Assembly: GCA_900543055.1 (NCBI GenBank)
Contig: UQQI01000001.1
Location: forward strand, 14,350-78,349
DNA: 64,000 nucleotides
Direction: 5' to 3'
DNA from: an uncultured Mollicutes bacterium
GTDB lineage: Bacteria > Bacillota_I > Bacilli_A > RF39 > UBA660
Both the position numbers and the translations under genes were made by a program. How positions within the stretch are numbered: the stretch's first letter is position 1; each line of letters begins with the position of its first letter. Shown here one piece after another: positions 48,979-58,943 of the stretch. The notes under the pieces are model-generated. The model was not told the origin of the DNA. It ran no database searches and was given only the letters and a program-made list of their open reading frames with translations.

Positions 48979-50250
48979 ATGTTTAAAATAATGAAGGAAT
49001 TATTTACTTCAGAAAACAAAGATCTACGACACAGAATTTACTTCACTTTGGTAGCATTAACAATATTTATATTAGGATGCTCAATTAGAGTTCCAGGAAC
49101 TGATGATTTAACTAGTAACTTAGGTTTTCTAGAATTGATGAATACAATCGGTGGTGGAGCATTAAAAAATTTCTCAATATTTGCATTAGGAGTTATGCCA
49201 TATATTACAGCGTCAATTATAATGCAACTATTACAAATGGATATTATTCCATACTTTACAGAACTTAGAAAACAAGGACATACAGGAAGACAAAAGATAA
49301 ACCAAATTACAAGATATTTAGGTATAGCTTTTGCTTTCATTGAAGGTTATGCCTTTTCCTTTGCTTTCATCGGTAAAGGTTCAAGTCCAATGCAATATAT
49401 GTATATTGCAACAGTGTTAACTGCTGGAACTTCCTTACTAATGTGGATGGGTGACCAAATAACACAAAAGGGTATAGGAAATGGTCTAAGTTTAATAATT
49501 ATGTCAGGTATCATAGCAACATTGCCTCAAATGTTTATAACAGCATTTACAAATCTTGTAACATTTACAGGAACTGCACAAGTTATAACATTAGGAATTG
49601 TTAAGTTTTCATTATTTGTACTTGTATATTTTGCAATAGTAATTGGAATGATATTTGTTCAAGAATCAGAAAGAAGAATCCCAATACAATATGCTAATAA
49701 GTCAACAAGCGCTTATGGAAATGCACAAAGTTTTATGCCAATAAAATTAAATTCAGCAGGAGTTATACCAGTAATTTTTGCATCAAGTTTATTATCTATT
49801 CCAAGCATTATTGCACAGGTAATAAAAAATGATAACTTTTCTGTTATTGTTCAAAAATACTTAACATATACTACTCCAGTTGGATTCATATTATATGTAA
49901 TATTTATCTTCTTCTTTGCTTACTTCTATACCTTTATTCAATTAAAGCCAGATGAATTTGCAAAGAACTTACAAGATAATGGAGGATATATTCCTGGGAT
50001 TAGACCTGGAGATGAAACTAAGAATTATTTAAGTAAGATCTTATCAAGATTAACAATACTTGGAGCAACATTCTTAACAGTAATTGCAGGACTACCAATT
50101 ATATTTTCAAAATTAACAAGTCTACCAACATCAGTAACTATTGGTGGAACAGGATTGTTAATTGTAGTTGGTGTCGCTCTTGAAACTTACAAACAGTTAG
50201 AGGGAAGTATACTAACTAGAAGCTATAAGAGAGGATATAGTAGAAGATAA
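48979..50250 (+). CDS. secY: Preprotein translocase subunit SecY
   Basis: 10-TM architecture, conserved position after rplO. Confidence 0.95.
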   Translation: MFKIMKELFTSENKDLRHRIYFTLVALTIFILGCSIRVPGTDDLTSNLGFLELMNTIGGGALKNFSIFALGVMPYITASIIMQLLQMDIIPYFTELRKQGHTGRQKINQITRYLGIAFAFIEGYAFSFAFIGKGSSPMQYMYIATVLTAGTSLLMWMGDQITQKGIGNGLSLIIMSGIIATLPQMFITAFTNLVTFTGTAQVITLGIVKFSLFVLVYFAIVIGMIFVQESERRIPIQYANKSTSAYGNAQSFMPIKLNSAGVIPVIFASSLLSIPSIIAQVIKNDNFSVIVQKYLTYTTPVGFILYVIFIFFFAYFYTFIQLKPDEFAKNLQDNGGYIPGIRPGDETKNYLSKILSRLTILGATFLTVIAGLPIIFSKLTSLPTSVTIGGTGLLIVVGVALETYKQLEGSILTRSYKRGYSRR

Positions 50251-50903
50251 TGAAAAATATTATGTTTATAGCACCACCTGCTGCAGGAAAAGGCACACAA
50301 GCTGAACTTGTTGTTGAAAAGTATGGTATTCCTCACATATCAACTGGAGATATTTTAAGAGAAATATCAAAAGAAGATAATGAAATTGGAGAATATGTTG
50401 CTGAAACATTAGCAAGTGGAAAGCTAGTAAAAGATGAAATTACATATCAATTAATCGAAGAAAGATTAAAAAAAAATGATTGTAAGAATGGTTTCATAAT
50501 TGATGGTTTTCCAAGAAATTTAGACCAAGCTTACGAATACGATAAAATCCTTGGAAGATTAGGATATGAAGTAGGTAATGTAATTTTAATAAAAGTAGAC
50601 AAAGAAACACTTGAAAAAAGAATTGTAGGACGAAGAATCTGTGAAGACTGCAAAACAATTTATAATATAAATTATGAAAGTAGTTCACCACAAGTAGATT
50701 CGGTATGTGATAATTGTGGCGGTAAACTTTATCAAAGATCAGATGATAATCTTGAAGCTTTCGATACTAGATATCAAATGTACATTGAAAAGACTGAACC
50801 AATTGTTGAACACTACAAAGAAAAAAAAGTTTTAATAGAAGTAGATGGTAATGATACCGTTGAAAATATATTTAAAAAAATTGATAAAATAATAAGAGAT
50901 TAA
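50250..50903 (+). CDS. adk: Adenylate kinase, zinc-binding lid type
   Basis: P-loop GPPAAGKGTQA-like (APPAAGKGTQAE). Lid CEDC…CDNC. Confidence 0.9.
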   Translation: MKNIMFIAPPAAGKGTQAELVVEKYGIPHISTGDILREISKEDNEIGEYVAETLASGKLVKDEITYQLIEERLKKNDCKNGFIIDGFPRNLDQAYEYDKILGRLGYEVGNVILIKVDKETLEKRIVGRRICEDCKTIYNINYESSSPQVDSVCDNCGGKLYQRSDDNLEAFDTRYQMYIEKTEPIVEHYKEKKVLIEVDGNDTVENIFKKIDKIIRD

Positions 50904-51024
50904 TGTATCAAAAATCAGTATCTGATATATAAGAAGGTATATTAAATACCTTCTTAAAAGGATACAAATTCCATCGCTCTATAAAAACTGCCGATGGATA
51001 AATAATTGACAGGAGAGTGAAAAG

Positions 51025-51240
51025 ATGGCTAAGGAAGATACAATTGAAATTGAAGGTAAAGTTCTTGAAATTATTCCAGGAGGAAAATTCAAAGTTCAAT
51101 TGGAAAATGGACACATTGTGGAAGCTCACGTTTCTGGTAAAATACGAATGAACTATATTCGCATCTTAGCAGGAGATACCGTAATGATAGAACTATCGCC
51201 TTATGATTTAACACGTGGGCGTATTACCTATCGTAAATAA
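51025..51240 (+). CDS. infA: Translation initiation factor IF-1
   Basis: [15 protein letters not shown]… S1-like. 71 aa. Confidence 0.95.
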   Translation: MAKEDTIEIEGKVLEIIPGGKFKVQLENGHIVEAHVSGKIRMNYIRILAGDTVMIELSPYDLTRGRITYRK

Positions 51241-51254
51241 TAGGAGGGAAAAAT

Positions 51255-51368
51255 ATGAAAGTTAAAGCATCAGTTAAACCAATATGCGAAAAATGCAAAG
51301 TTATTAAGCGTAAAGGAAAAATTAGAATTATTTGTGAAAACCCAAAACACAAACAAGTTCAAGGATAA
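51255..51368 (+). CDS. rpmJ: 50S ribosomal protein L36 (37 aa; below the ORF-track length cutoff)
   Basis: RBS GGAGGGAAAAAT precedes ATG 51255. [37 protein letters not shown] matches L36. Confidence 0.9.
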   Translation: MKVKASVKPICEKCKVIKRKGKIRIICENPKHKQVQG

Positions 51369-51387
51369 TTTATAGGAGGTGTATTAA

Positions 51388-51756
51388 ATGGCACGTATTA
51401 AAGGTGTAGACATTCCAAATGACAAGCATATCTGTATTTCATTAACTTACATTTATGGAATTGGAAGAAGTCTTGCAAAACAAATTTTAAAAGAAGTTGA
51501 AATTGATCCAACTACAAAAACAAAAGATTTATCACAAGATGATTTAATTAAAATTCGTGATGAAATCAACAAACATTTAACTGAAGGTGACTTACGTCGT
51601 GAAGTAAGTATGAATATTAAGACAAAAATGGAAATTAATTCATACGAAGGAAGTCGTCATAAAAAAGGATTACCTGTAAGAGGACAAAGAACTAATCGTA
51701 ATGCTCGTACTCGTAAGGGTAAAGGTAAAACTGTAGCAAACAAAAAGAAAGCTTAG
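51388..51756 (+). CDS. rpsM: 30S ribosomal protein S13
   Basis: [10 protein letters not shown]. Confidence 0.95.
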   Translation: MARIKGVDIPNDKHICISLTYIYGIGRSLAKQILKEVEIDPTTKTKDLSQDDLIKIRDEINKHLTEGDLRREVSMNIKTKMEINSYEGSRHKKGLPVRGQRTNRNARTRKGKGKTVANKKKA

Positions 51757-51797
51757 TTAATTAGTTAAAGGATAAATATTTAAAGGAGGTAAGACTT

Positions 51798-52181
51798 ATG
51801 GCTTATAAGACAAGAAAGAAAAAAGTTAAAAAGAATGTTCCTGAAGGTATTGCTCATATTCATTCAACATTTAATAATACAATCACTACAATTACAGATA
51901 AAGATGGAAATGTAATTAGTTGGGCATCATCTGGAGCAATCGGTTTCAAAGGAAGTAAGAAATCAACTCCATTCGCTGCAGGAATGGCTGCTGAAGCTGC
52001 TGGAAAAGCTGCATTCGATATGGGTATGCGTAAAGTTGAGGTTCGCGTTAAAGGTTTAGGTCCAGGTCGTGAAACTGCAATTCGTTCATTACAAACAGCT
52101 GGTCTAGAAGTAACATCAATCGTTGACGTTACACCAATTCCACATAATGGATGCCGTCCACCAAAACGTCCTCGTGGATAA
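51798..52181 (+). CDS. rpsK: 30S ribosomal protein S11
   Basis: Conserved sequence and operon order. Confidence 0.95.
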   Translation: MAYKTRKKKVKKNVPEGIAHIHSTFNNTITTITDKDGNVISWASSGAIGFKGSKKSTPFAAGMAAEAAGKAAFDMGMRKVEVRVKGLGPGRETAIRSLQTAGLEVTSIVDVTPIPHNGCRPPKRPRG

Positions 52182-52226
52182 TAAATAGAATATAAGTTGT
52201 GAAAAAAGTAAAGGGAGGTTAGTTTC

Positions 52227-53177
52227 ATGTTACAATTTGAAAAACCAATTTATAAAATAACTGATTCTGTAGAAAGTAATTTTTATGGAAAATTTGAATT
52301 AGAACCATTAGAAAGAGGTTTTGGTACTACAATTGGTAATGCATTAAGAAGAGTTATGTTGTCATCTCTTCCAGGAAGTGCAATCAGTAGTATTAAAATT
52401 GATGGAGTTCTTCACGAATTCCAAACAATAGATGGGGTTTATGAAGATGTAACTACTATCATCTTAAATTTAAAAGGTATAGTATTTAAAAATCATTCAA
52501 ATGAGGCAAAAGTTGTACGTATTAATACTACAAAAGAAGGAGAAGTAACTGCTGCTGATATCGAGCATGATGCTGATATTGAAGTAATTAATAAAGATAA
52601 AGTAATTTGTACTTTATCAAAGGGTGCTTCTTTCAACATGGAAATGACTGTTACAAATGGTCGTGGATATGTTAGAAGCGAAGATAACAAGAAGATACAT
52701 GATATTAAACAAGTTGGAGAAATTGCTATCGACTCTATTTATTCTCCTATTGAAAGAGTTTCATATGAAGTTGGAAATGCTCGTGTAGGACAAGATGAAA
52801 GTTATGACAAATTAACTTTAGATGTATGGACAAATGGTTCAATTAAACCAGAAGAAGCAATTGCATTAGCATCAAGAATCTTAATTGAACATTTAGAAAT
52901 TTTAACTGACTTATCATCAATTGCTGATGTAAGTGGTATGATGATTGAAAAAACAGAAGATCCAAAAGTTAAAGCATTAGAAACATCTATTGAAGACTTA
53001 GATTTCTCTGTTAGAGCATATAACTGCTTAAAGAGAGCTGGAATTCATACATTACAAGATCTTGTAAATAAGAGTGAATCAGATATGATGAAGATTCGTA
53101 ATTTAGGTAAAAAATCTCTAAAAGAAGTATTAGACAAAATTAGAGATATGGGCTTAATCTTACGTGATGATGACTAA
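52227..53177 (+). CDS. rpoA: DNA-directed RNA polymerase subunit alpha
   Basis: Conserved N-terminal domain and C-terminal domain (alpha-CTD). 316 aa. Confidence 0.95.
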   Translation: MLQFEKPIYKITDSVESNFYGKFELEPLERGFGTTIGNALRRVMLSSLPGSAISSIKIDGVLHEFQTIDGVYEDVTTIILNLKGIVFKNHSNEAKVVRINTTKEGEVTAADIEHDADIEVINKDKVICTLSKGASFNMEMTVTNGRGYVRSEDNKKIHDIKQVGEIAIDSIYSPIERVSYEVGNARVGQDESYDKLTLDVWTNGSIKPEEAIALASRILIEHLEILTDLSSIADVSGMMIEKTEDPKVKALETSIEDLDFSVRAYNCLKRAGIHTLQDLVNKSESDMMKIRNLGKKSLKEVLDKIRDMGLILRDDD

Positions 53178-53194
53178 AATAAGGAGGAGTAACT

Positions 53195-53572
53195 ATGGCA
53201 TATAGAAAATTAGGTTCAGATAATAAACATAGAAGAAGTTTATTAGCTACATTAACAAAACAAGTAGTTTTAAATGAATCAATTACAACTACAGAAACTA
53301 GAGCTAAAGAAGTACGTAAGTTTGTTGATAAAATGATTACTTACGGAAAAAAAGGTGATTTAGTTTCTCGTCGTAAAGCATTAGCTTTTTTACACAATGA
53401 CAAGAAAGTTGTTGACAAAATATTTAATGACTTAGCAAAACGCTATGAAAATCGTAATGGTGGTTATACACAAATCTTAAAATTAAATGAAAGACGTGGA
53501 GATAACGCTTTAATGGTTATTTTAAGATTAGTTGATGAAACTAAACCTGAAGAAAAAAAGGAAGATAAGTAA
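53195..53572 (+). CDS. rplQ: 50S ribosomal protein L17
   Basis: Conserved sequence and operon order. Confidence 0.9.
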   Translation: MAYRKLGSDNKHRRSLLATLTKQVVLNESITTTETRAKEVRKFVDKMITYGKKGDLVSRRKALAFLHNDKKVVDKIFNDLAKRYENRNGGYTQILKLNERRGDNALMVILRLVDETKPEEKKEDK

Positions 53573-53581
53573 TTATCTTAT

Positions 53582-53611
53582 AGCAAGTATACTAAAATAC
53601 TTGCTTTTTTA
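53582..53611 (+). terminator. Rho-independent terminator ending the alpha operon
   Basis: 9-bp stem AGCAAGTAT/ATACTTGCT, 6-nt loop, followed by TTTTTT. Confidence 0.65.
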
Positions 53612-53723
53612 TGTAAAATCATTTTATTTGCAGTATAATATAAAGTATTCTTTTTTATACGTTAATATATGTATAGAAAAAATATACACAATTTGATATA
53701 ATAAAAAAGAAACAGGTGATTTT

Positions 53724-54479
53724 ATGAAAGCTTTAATTACAGGGGCATCTTCGGGAATAGGACTTGATATGGCAAGATATCTAGCAACTAAAAAATGTGA
53801 ATTAATTCTAGTTTCTAGAAATAAAGAAAAACTAGAAGAAATTCAAGAAACACTACCAACGAAGGTAACAATAATAGTAGCTGATTTATCACAAGAACAA
53901 AGGGTAAAAGAACTTTATGCCTTTGCAAAAAAAGAAAATATTGACATACTAATAAACAATGCTGGACTAGGAGACTTCGGTCCATTGACAGACACAGATT
54001 TAACCAAAGATTTAGAACTAATAAATACAAACATAAAAGCGGTTCATATATTAACAAAATACTTTGTTAAAGATATGGAAAAGAGAAACACAGATACATA
54101 TATACTAAACGTTGCATCTTCAGCGGCATTCCAACCAGGACCGTTAATGAGTACTTATTATGCCACTAAATCATACGTATATCAATTGACAGAAGCATTA
54201 TATTATGAGGAGAAAAAGAAAAAAACAAAGGTACATGTGTCAGTTTTGTGCCCTGGACCAGTAGCAACAAACTTTAATGACGTAGCAGGAGTAAAATTTT
54301 CTGTAAAACCATTAACAAGTGCTTATGTTGCAAGATATGCAATAGATGAAATGCTAAAAAATAAAATGCTAATAATACCAGGTTTTAAAATGAAATGTGC
54401 TAAATTTTTTAGTAGATTTGTATCAGATAAATTTTTATTAAGAATTATTTATCGAGTACAAAAAAGAAAGGCCAGCTAA
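53724..54479 (+). CDS. Short-chain dehydrogenase/reductase (SDR) family oxidoreductase
   Basis: TGASSGIG Rossmann motif, NNAG, and Y-x3-K (YYATKSYV) catalytic motif. Confidence 0.75.
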   Translation: MKALITGASSGIGLDMARYLATKKCELILVSRNKEKLEEIQETLPTKVTIIVADLSQEQRVKELYAFAKKENIDILINNAGLGDFGPLTDTDLTKDLELINTNIKAVHILTKYFVKDMEKRNTDTYILNVASSAAFQPGPLMSTYYATKSYVYQLTEALYYEEKKKKTKVHVSVLCPGPVATNFNDVAGVKFSVKPLTSAYVARYAIDEMLKNKMLIIPGFKMKCAKFFSRFVSDKFLLRIIYRVQKRKAS

Positions 54480-54520
54480 TAGTTGGCTTTTAAAAACACA
54501 ATACAGGGGGAAGTGAGATA

Positions 54521-55306
54521 ATGGAAGTAATACTTAATATTAATGATTTAAAATATAAAAACTTATTTGAAAATTTAAGTATTTATATTGAAAAAGACAA
54601 GATTACAACTATCTCAGGTGCAAATAATTGTGGGAAAACAACACTATTAAGAATTTTAACAAGACAAGTAAAAACAGAAAATAATATAGTCTTATATGGA
54701 AAGAATATAAATGAATATAAATTTGAAGATTATATTAGATATATAAGATGTGTGATACCAAAAGAAATAATTTTTATAGAAAATAATTTAGAAGAAGAAA
54801 TGTATTTTCAATCAGAACTTCCAGGTAAAGATAAAACAATATTTATAAACTATATAATAAAAGGTCTAAAAATAAGAAGAATGATTAACAAAGAAATAAA
54901 AACATTATCAACAAATGAAATAGTATTAGCCCAAATTGCTTTAGCCCTAGTTAATCATCCACAAATACTTTTATTAGACAATATAGATAATTATCTTGAA
55001 GTAAAAGAATTAGAAAATGTTTATAATTTTTTAAGAGACTTTAGAGAAAAGTTTGGTTTAACAGTAGTAATGACAACTTTAGATTTAAATCAAAGTTTAT
55101 ACTCTGATTACTTATATATAATTGGAGAAAAGAAAATATTACTATCCGGAGAACCAATCACCATATTACAAAGAGATAATATTATAAATAAGACAGGATT
55201 AAGCTTGCCATTTATGGTAGATTTATCAGTGAAACTTAGAGATTATGATCTAATCAGCAACATTAATTTAGATAAAAACAGGATGATAAATGAAATATGG
55301 AAGTAA
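54521..55306 (+). CDS. ECF-transporter-type ABC ATPase homolog with degenerate catalytic motifs (EcfA-like pseudo-ATPase)
   Basis: Walker A intact (GANNCGKTT). The Q-loop is absent. Signature LSGGQ is replaced by LSTNE. Walker B LLLDNID lacks the catalytic Glu. The H-loop His is absent. Confidence 0.55.
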   Translation: MEVILNINDLKYKNLFENLSIYIEKDKITTISGANNCGKTTLLRILTRQVKTENNIVLYGKNINEYKFEDYIRYIRCVIPKEIIFIENNLEEEMYFQSELPGKDKTIFINYIIKGLKIRRMINKEIKTLSTNEIVLAQIALALVNHPQILLLDNIDNYLEVKELENVYNFLRDFREKFGLTVVMTTLDLNQSLYSDYLYIIGEKKILLSGEPITILQRDNIINKTGLSLPFMVDLSVKLRDYDLISNINLDKNRMINEIWK

Positions 55307-56088
55307 AGTTTAAAGGATATAAATGTAAAGATAATAGTTTAGACTTCACTATAAAAGAAAAAGAAGTAAATGGAATATGTGGAAAAAACTATGAAAATTT
55401 AATTAATATCATTAAATTAAAAAATTCATATAAAGGAAAAATAATAATAAATGATATCGAATTAAATAAAGATAATATTAACACTTTTAAAAATAAAATT
55501 AATGTTGTAAAAGAAGAAATAGAAGACTCAATTTATATACAAACAGTATATGACTTATTAAAATATGAAATAGAACGAAGAAAATTATCTATAAAAAATC
55601 CAGAAAAGAAAATATATGATTCATTAAAAATAGTAAATTTAGACAAAGAGTTATTAGAAAGAAATATATACACACTATCATCATCTGAAAAGAAATTTAT
55701 CCAATTAGCAATCTCACTTTTATCTAATCCTGATATGATAATTTTAATAGAACCATTTAAATTTTTAGATATGAAAAATGAAAAAAGAATAATGATTTTA
55801 TTAAATAAAATTAGAGAACAGTATAAAAAAACAATTGTAATTGTTACTAATAATACAAATATTATTTTTAAATATACAACTCATACTATAATATTTAAAG
55901 TAGATAAAATATTAGTAGAAGGAGATACTAAAGATATATTTCAAAGGGTAGACTTTTTAAGTAGGAATAAAATAAACATTCCAGAAATTGTTGAATTCAC
56001 TTATTTAGCTAAAAAGAAAAAAAATGTAAGTATTGATTATCATAGTGATATAAGAGATATTATTAAAGATATATATAAACATGTATAG
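55297..56088 (+). CDS. Second EcfA-like ABC ATPase homolog with all nucleotide motifs degenerate
   Basis: Walker A reads GICGKNYE (no GKS/T). Signature reads LSSSEKK. Walker B reads ILIEPFKF. ABC-like length and position (upstream of truA), but predicted non-catalytic. Confidence 0.5.
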   Translation: MEVKFKGYKCKDNSLDFTIKEKEVNGICGKNYENLINIIKLKNSYKGKIIINDIELNKDNINTFKNKINVVKEEIEDSIYIQTVYDLLKYEIERRKLSIKNPEKKIYDSLKIVNLDKELLERNIYTLSSSEKKFIQLAISLLSNPDMIILIEPFKFLDMKNEKRIMILLNKIREQYKKTIVIVTNNTNIIFKYTTHTIIFKVDKILVEGDTKDIFQRVDFLSRNKINIPEIVEFTYLAKKKKNVSIDYHSDIRDIIKDIYKHV

Positions 56089-56098
56089 GAGGAGTAAT

Positions 56099-56830
56099 AT
56101 GCGTTTTCTAATTAAATTTTCATATGATGGTACAAATTATTGTGGCTATCAAAAACAGCCAGGATTAGTAACTATAGAAGGAAAAATGGAGGAAGCTTTA
56201 ACAAAAATAAATAATGGTAAAAAAACATCTATTACAGCGACTGGTAGAACGGATAAAAAGGTCCATGCATTAGCTCAATATGCACATGCTGATATAGATG
56301 TTAACATAACTGAAAATAAGCTAAAAAGAGCGCTAAACAGCAATATCCCAGATGATATACATGTAATAGAGACAAAAATAGTAGAAGATAATTTTCATGC
56401 TAGATATAACGTAAGAGAAAAAACATATAAATATATTATAAATTTAGGTGAATATAATCCAATAGAAAGAAATTATGTATTTCAATACAATTATAAATTA
56501 GATATAAAAGCAATAAGAGAAGGAATAAAATATTTTGAAGGTACGCATGACTTTAGAGCTTTTGTAACAGATAACAAAGAAAAAGAAAACTGTATTAGGA
56601 CAATTTCATTAACAAATATAGAAGAAAAAGATAACAAATTAGTAATAACATTCAAAGGAGACGGTTTTTTAAGGTATCAAGTAAGAAACATGGTAGGAAT
56701 ATTAATCAAAATAGGTGAAAATAAAATTAGTCCGTCTAAAGTAAAAGAAATATTAGAAAGTAAAGATAGAACAAAAGCCGGAAAGACTGCACCAGCAGAA
56801 GGCTTATACTTAGTAGATGTTAAATATTGA
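56099..56830 (+). CDS. truA: tRNA pseudouridine(38-40) synthase
   Basis: RBS AGGAGG precedes ATG 56099. MRFLIKFSYDGTNYCGYQKQP…RTDKKVHA catalytic Asp motif. Confidence 0.9.
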   Translation: MRFLIKFSYDGTNYCGYQKQPGLVTIEGKMEEALTKINNGKKTSITATGRTDKKVHALAQYAHADIDVNITENKLKRALNSNIPDDIHVIETKIVEDNFHARYNVREKTYKYIINLGEYNPIERNYVFQYNYKLDIKAIREGIKYFEGTHDFRAFVTDNKEKENCIRTISLTNIEEKDNKLVITFKGDGFLRYQVRNMVGILIKIGENKISPSKVKEILESKDRTKAGKTAPAEGLYLVDVKY

Positions 56831-56884
56831 CATTGAAAAAATAATATATTATTATAATAAATATTCTAAAAAAGGGGGATAAAA

Positions 56885-57217
56885 ATGATAGGGACTTATA
56901 TAGACTTAGGGTCAATGACAAGTTTAATGTCAGCAGGTTCAACTACTGTATCAACATCATCAACTACAGATCATAATATTACTCCTGATGAATTAACTAC
57001 AACATTGTCATTATCAACAACTACAGCCGCATCATCACCATCATCACCATATAACACAATAGTTATGGACACGACACAAAGATATGTAGAATCACTATCG
57101 GATGATGAATTAATGAGATTTAGTGAATTAGTAGATGCGAAGCTTAATGATAATTCTTTTGAAAATAACAAGTTAATAGCCAAGCAAGAAGACATACCTA
57201 AAGTAAAAACTAAATAA
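56885..57217 (+). CDS. Ser/Thr-rich small protein (110 aa) with a conserved acidic C-terminal helix (YVESLSDDELMRF…LNDN); paralog of the 58076 gene
   Basis: Strong RBS AAGGGGGAT. N-terminal DLGSMTSLMSAGSTTV, then a Ser/Thr tract, then an acidic helix. No TM helix or signal peptide. Confidence 0.5.
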   Translation: MIGTYIDLGSMTSLMSAGSTTVSTSSTTDHNITPDELTTTLSLSTTTAASSPSSPYNTIVMDTTQRYVESLSDDELMRFSELVDAKLNDNSFENNKLIAKQEDIPKVKTK

Positions 57218-57311
57218 GAAAATTTTGGGAAAAATACAAAATAATCAACAAGTGTTGATTTTTTTTTAATATTTTGTTATAATATAGCCACATTGAAAGA
57301 TGTAAGGGGTT

Positions 57312-58079
57312 ATGGTTATGGATAAGAAAGAAAAAAAGAGATTAAAAAGATACATGCAAATTCACGAAATATTGGGAGCTGGAACATTTAAAAAGTTTGT
57401 TTTATTTCTTGAAAGAGTAAAATTTAAATATGGTAAGAAATTTTTTCCTAACTTTCAAAAAAATTATGAAAAATATATAGATTTAAGAACAAAGAGAGCA
57501 CTGGAAAAAGCTAAAACTGCTGAAGAAAGAAAACATATAAAAGAGCAAGCACTATTTTCAAAATTAGATATGCGTAAAGAAATAAATCAAGAAAAAAATA
57601 GAAATTATCATTTAGATGAAAAAAGACCTAAAGAAACATTATCATATCTAGAATGGAATAAAGGTGTACATAAACGTAGCTTAATAAAGAATTTTGCAGT
57701 AATTGGAGCATTATCTGCAGCGACAGTTTTAGGCTATAACTTTATAGTGCCACTCATTGTATTTGAATCGATATGTGCTTTAATTAATTTTCAATGTGTT
57801 AATCTTCAAGATTATAATATTTGCAGATATAAAATTGCAGAAGAATCTCTTGTAAAGTACGCAGAACGTACAAAGAAGAAAAAAATAGAACAATATAGTG
57901 ATGCAGCAGAATTGATATATGATTCTATTACAAAAGCAGATGATAAAATTCCAACAATTGATGAAATTGTTGCTAATTCAAAAAATAAAGAACAACTATA
58001 TCAATTAAAAGCATACTTAGAAGAAAATGAAAAAAGACGTAAACTACAAAATAGTGAAAATAAGGGGGTAATAAAATGA
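57312..58079 (+). CDS. Hypothetical membrane-associated protein (255 aa): basic N-terminus, central hydrophobic helices, C-terminal coiled coil
   Basis: RBS AAGGGG. Hydrophobic segment NFAVIGALSAATVLGYNFIVPLIVFESICALINF. Lies between the two paralogous small genes. Confidence 0.45.
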   Translation: MVMDKKEKKRLKRYMQIHEILGAGTFKKFVLFLERVKFKYGKKFFPNFQKNYEKYIDLRTKRALEKAKTAEERKHIKEQALFSKLDMRKEINQEKNRNYHLDEKRPKETLSYLEWNKGVHKRSLIKNFAVIGALSAATVLGYNFIVPLIVFESICALINFQCVNLQDYNICRYKIAEESLVKYAERTKKKKIEQYSDAAELIYDSITKADDKIPTIDEIVANSKNKEQLYQLKAYLEENEKRRKLQNSENKGVIK

Positions 58080-58381
58080 GTTTAATATCAACATTAGGAA
58101 TAACTACATTAGGAGGAGCATCAGTAGGAACAACAGTATACACAATAGATGATAATGGAATAAATAAAGGTAAGAGAAATCAAGTACTAGCAACTACTTT
58201 AACATCAACTGCTTCAGTAATTGCAAGTGAAGCAGTAAGTCAACGTGGTATTAAAGAAATACACGAAAAATACTCACAGGCATATATTGATTCGTTAACT
58301 GATGAAGAATTAGAAGTAGCTTTACAACAAGTAAATTTACTTTTAAATGACATGGACGAAGAAACAACAAAAACTATATAA
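58076..58381 (+). CDS. Ser/Thr-rich small protein (101 aa), paralog of the 56885 gene (YIDSLTDEELEVALQQVNLLLNDMDEE)
   Basis: Identical RBS style (AAGGGGGTA). N-terminal TLGITTLGGASVGTTV aligns with DLGSMTSLMSAGSTTV of the 56885 gene. C-terminal motif Y-[VI]-[ED]-SL-[ST]-D-[DE]-EL…LNDN/LNDM is shared. Confidence 0.5.
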   Translation: MSLISTLGITTLGGASVGTTVYTIDDNGINKGKRNQVLATTLTSTASVIASEAVSQRGIKEIHEKYSQAYIDSLTDEELEVALQQVNLLLNDMDEETTKTI

Positions 58382-58499
58382 AATAAAGAAAAAGTATTGA
58401 TTTTTAATACTTTTTTTAGTATAATTACAATCGGTACATTCAAATCCCCACATAAATTAGACTGTGGGAAAGTCTAATTTAAGTAAAAGGAGAAAAATT
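58382..58499 (+). promoter_or_regulatory. Structured leader upstream of rplM (L13 leader-type autoregulatory RNA candidate)
   Basis: Inverted repeats CCCACATAAATTAGACTGTGGG and TTAGACT…AGTCTAA lie immediately upstream of the rplM RBS. Confidence 0.35.
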
Positions 58500-58931
58500 A
58501 TGACAAGTTATATGCAAAAAAAAGAAACTGTAGAACGTAAATGGTATGTAATTGATGCTGAAGGAAAGTCTTTAGGTAGAGTAGCTTCTTTAGCAGCAAC
58601 TTACTTACGTGGAAAAAACAAGCCAACTTATACACCACATATTGATTGTGGAGATTATATCGTTATTGTTAACGCACAAAAAGTTAACTTAACTGGTAAC
58701 AAATTAGAAAACAAAATGTATTATAATCACTCAATGTATACAGGTGGTTTAAGAGAAAGAACTGCTAAAACTATGAGAGAACAATACCCCGTTGAAATGA
58801 TGGAAAGAGCTGTAACAGGAATGTTACCTCATAACAGATTAGGTAGACAAATGGCAAAGAAGTTATTTGTTTATGCAGAAAGTGAACACAAGCACGAGGC
58901 TCAAAAGCCAGAAGTACTTGAAGTTAAATAG
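58500..58931 (+). CDS. rplM: 50S ribosomal protein L13
   Basis: RBS AAAGGAG precedes ATG 58500. [30 protein letters not shown]. Confidence 0.9.
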   Translation: MTSYMQKKETVERKWYVIDAEGKSLGRVASLAATYLRGKNKPTYTPHIDCGDYIVIVNAQKVNLTGNKLENKMYYNHSMYTGGLRERTAKTMREQYPVEMMERAVTGMLPHNRLGRQMAKKLFVYAESEHKHEAQKPEVLEVK

Positions 58932-58943
58932 GAGGGTAAAGTA

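Noticed and set aside
50926-50957. 10-bp hairpin AAGAAGGTAT/ATACCTTCTT after adk
   Set aside because: No U-tract on either strand, so not called as a terminator. It may be an RNA-stability element. The overlapping minus ORF 50908-51129 is spurious.
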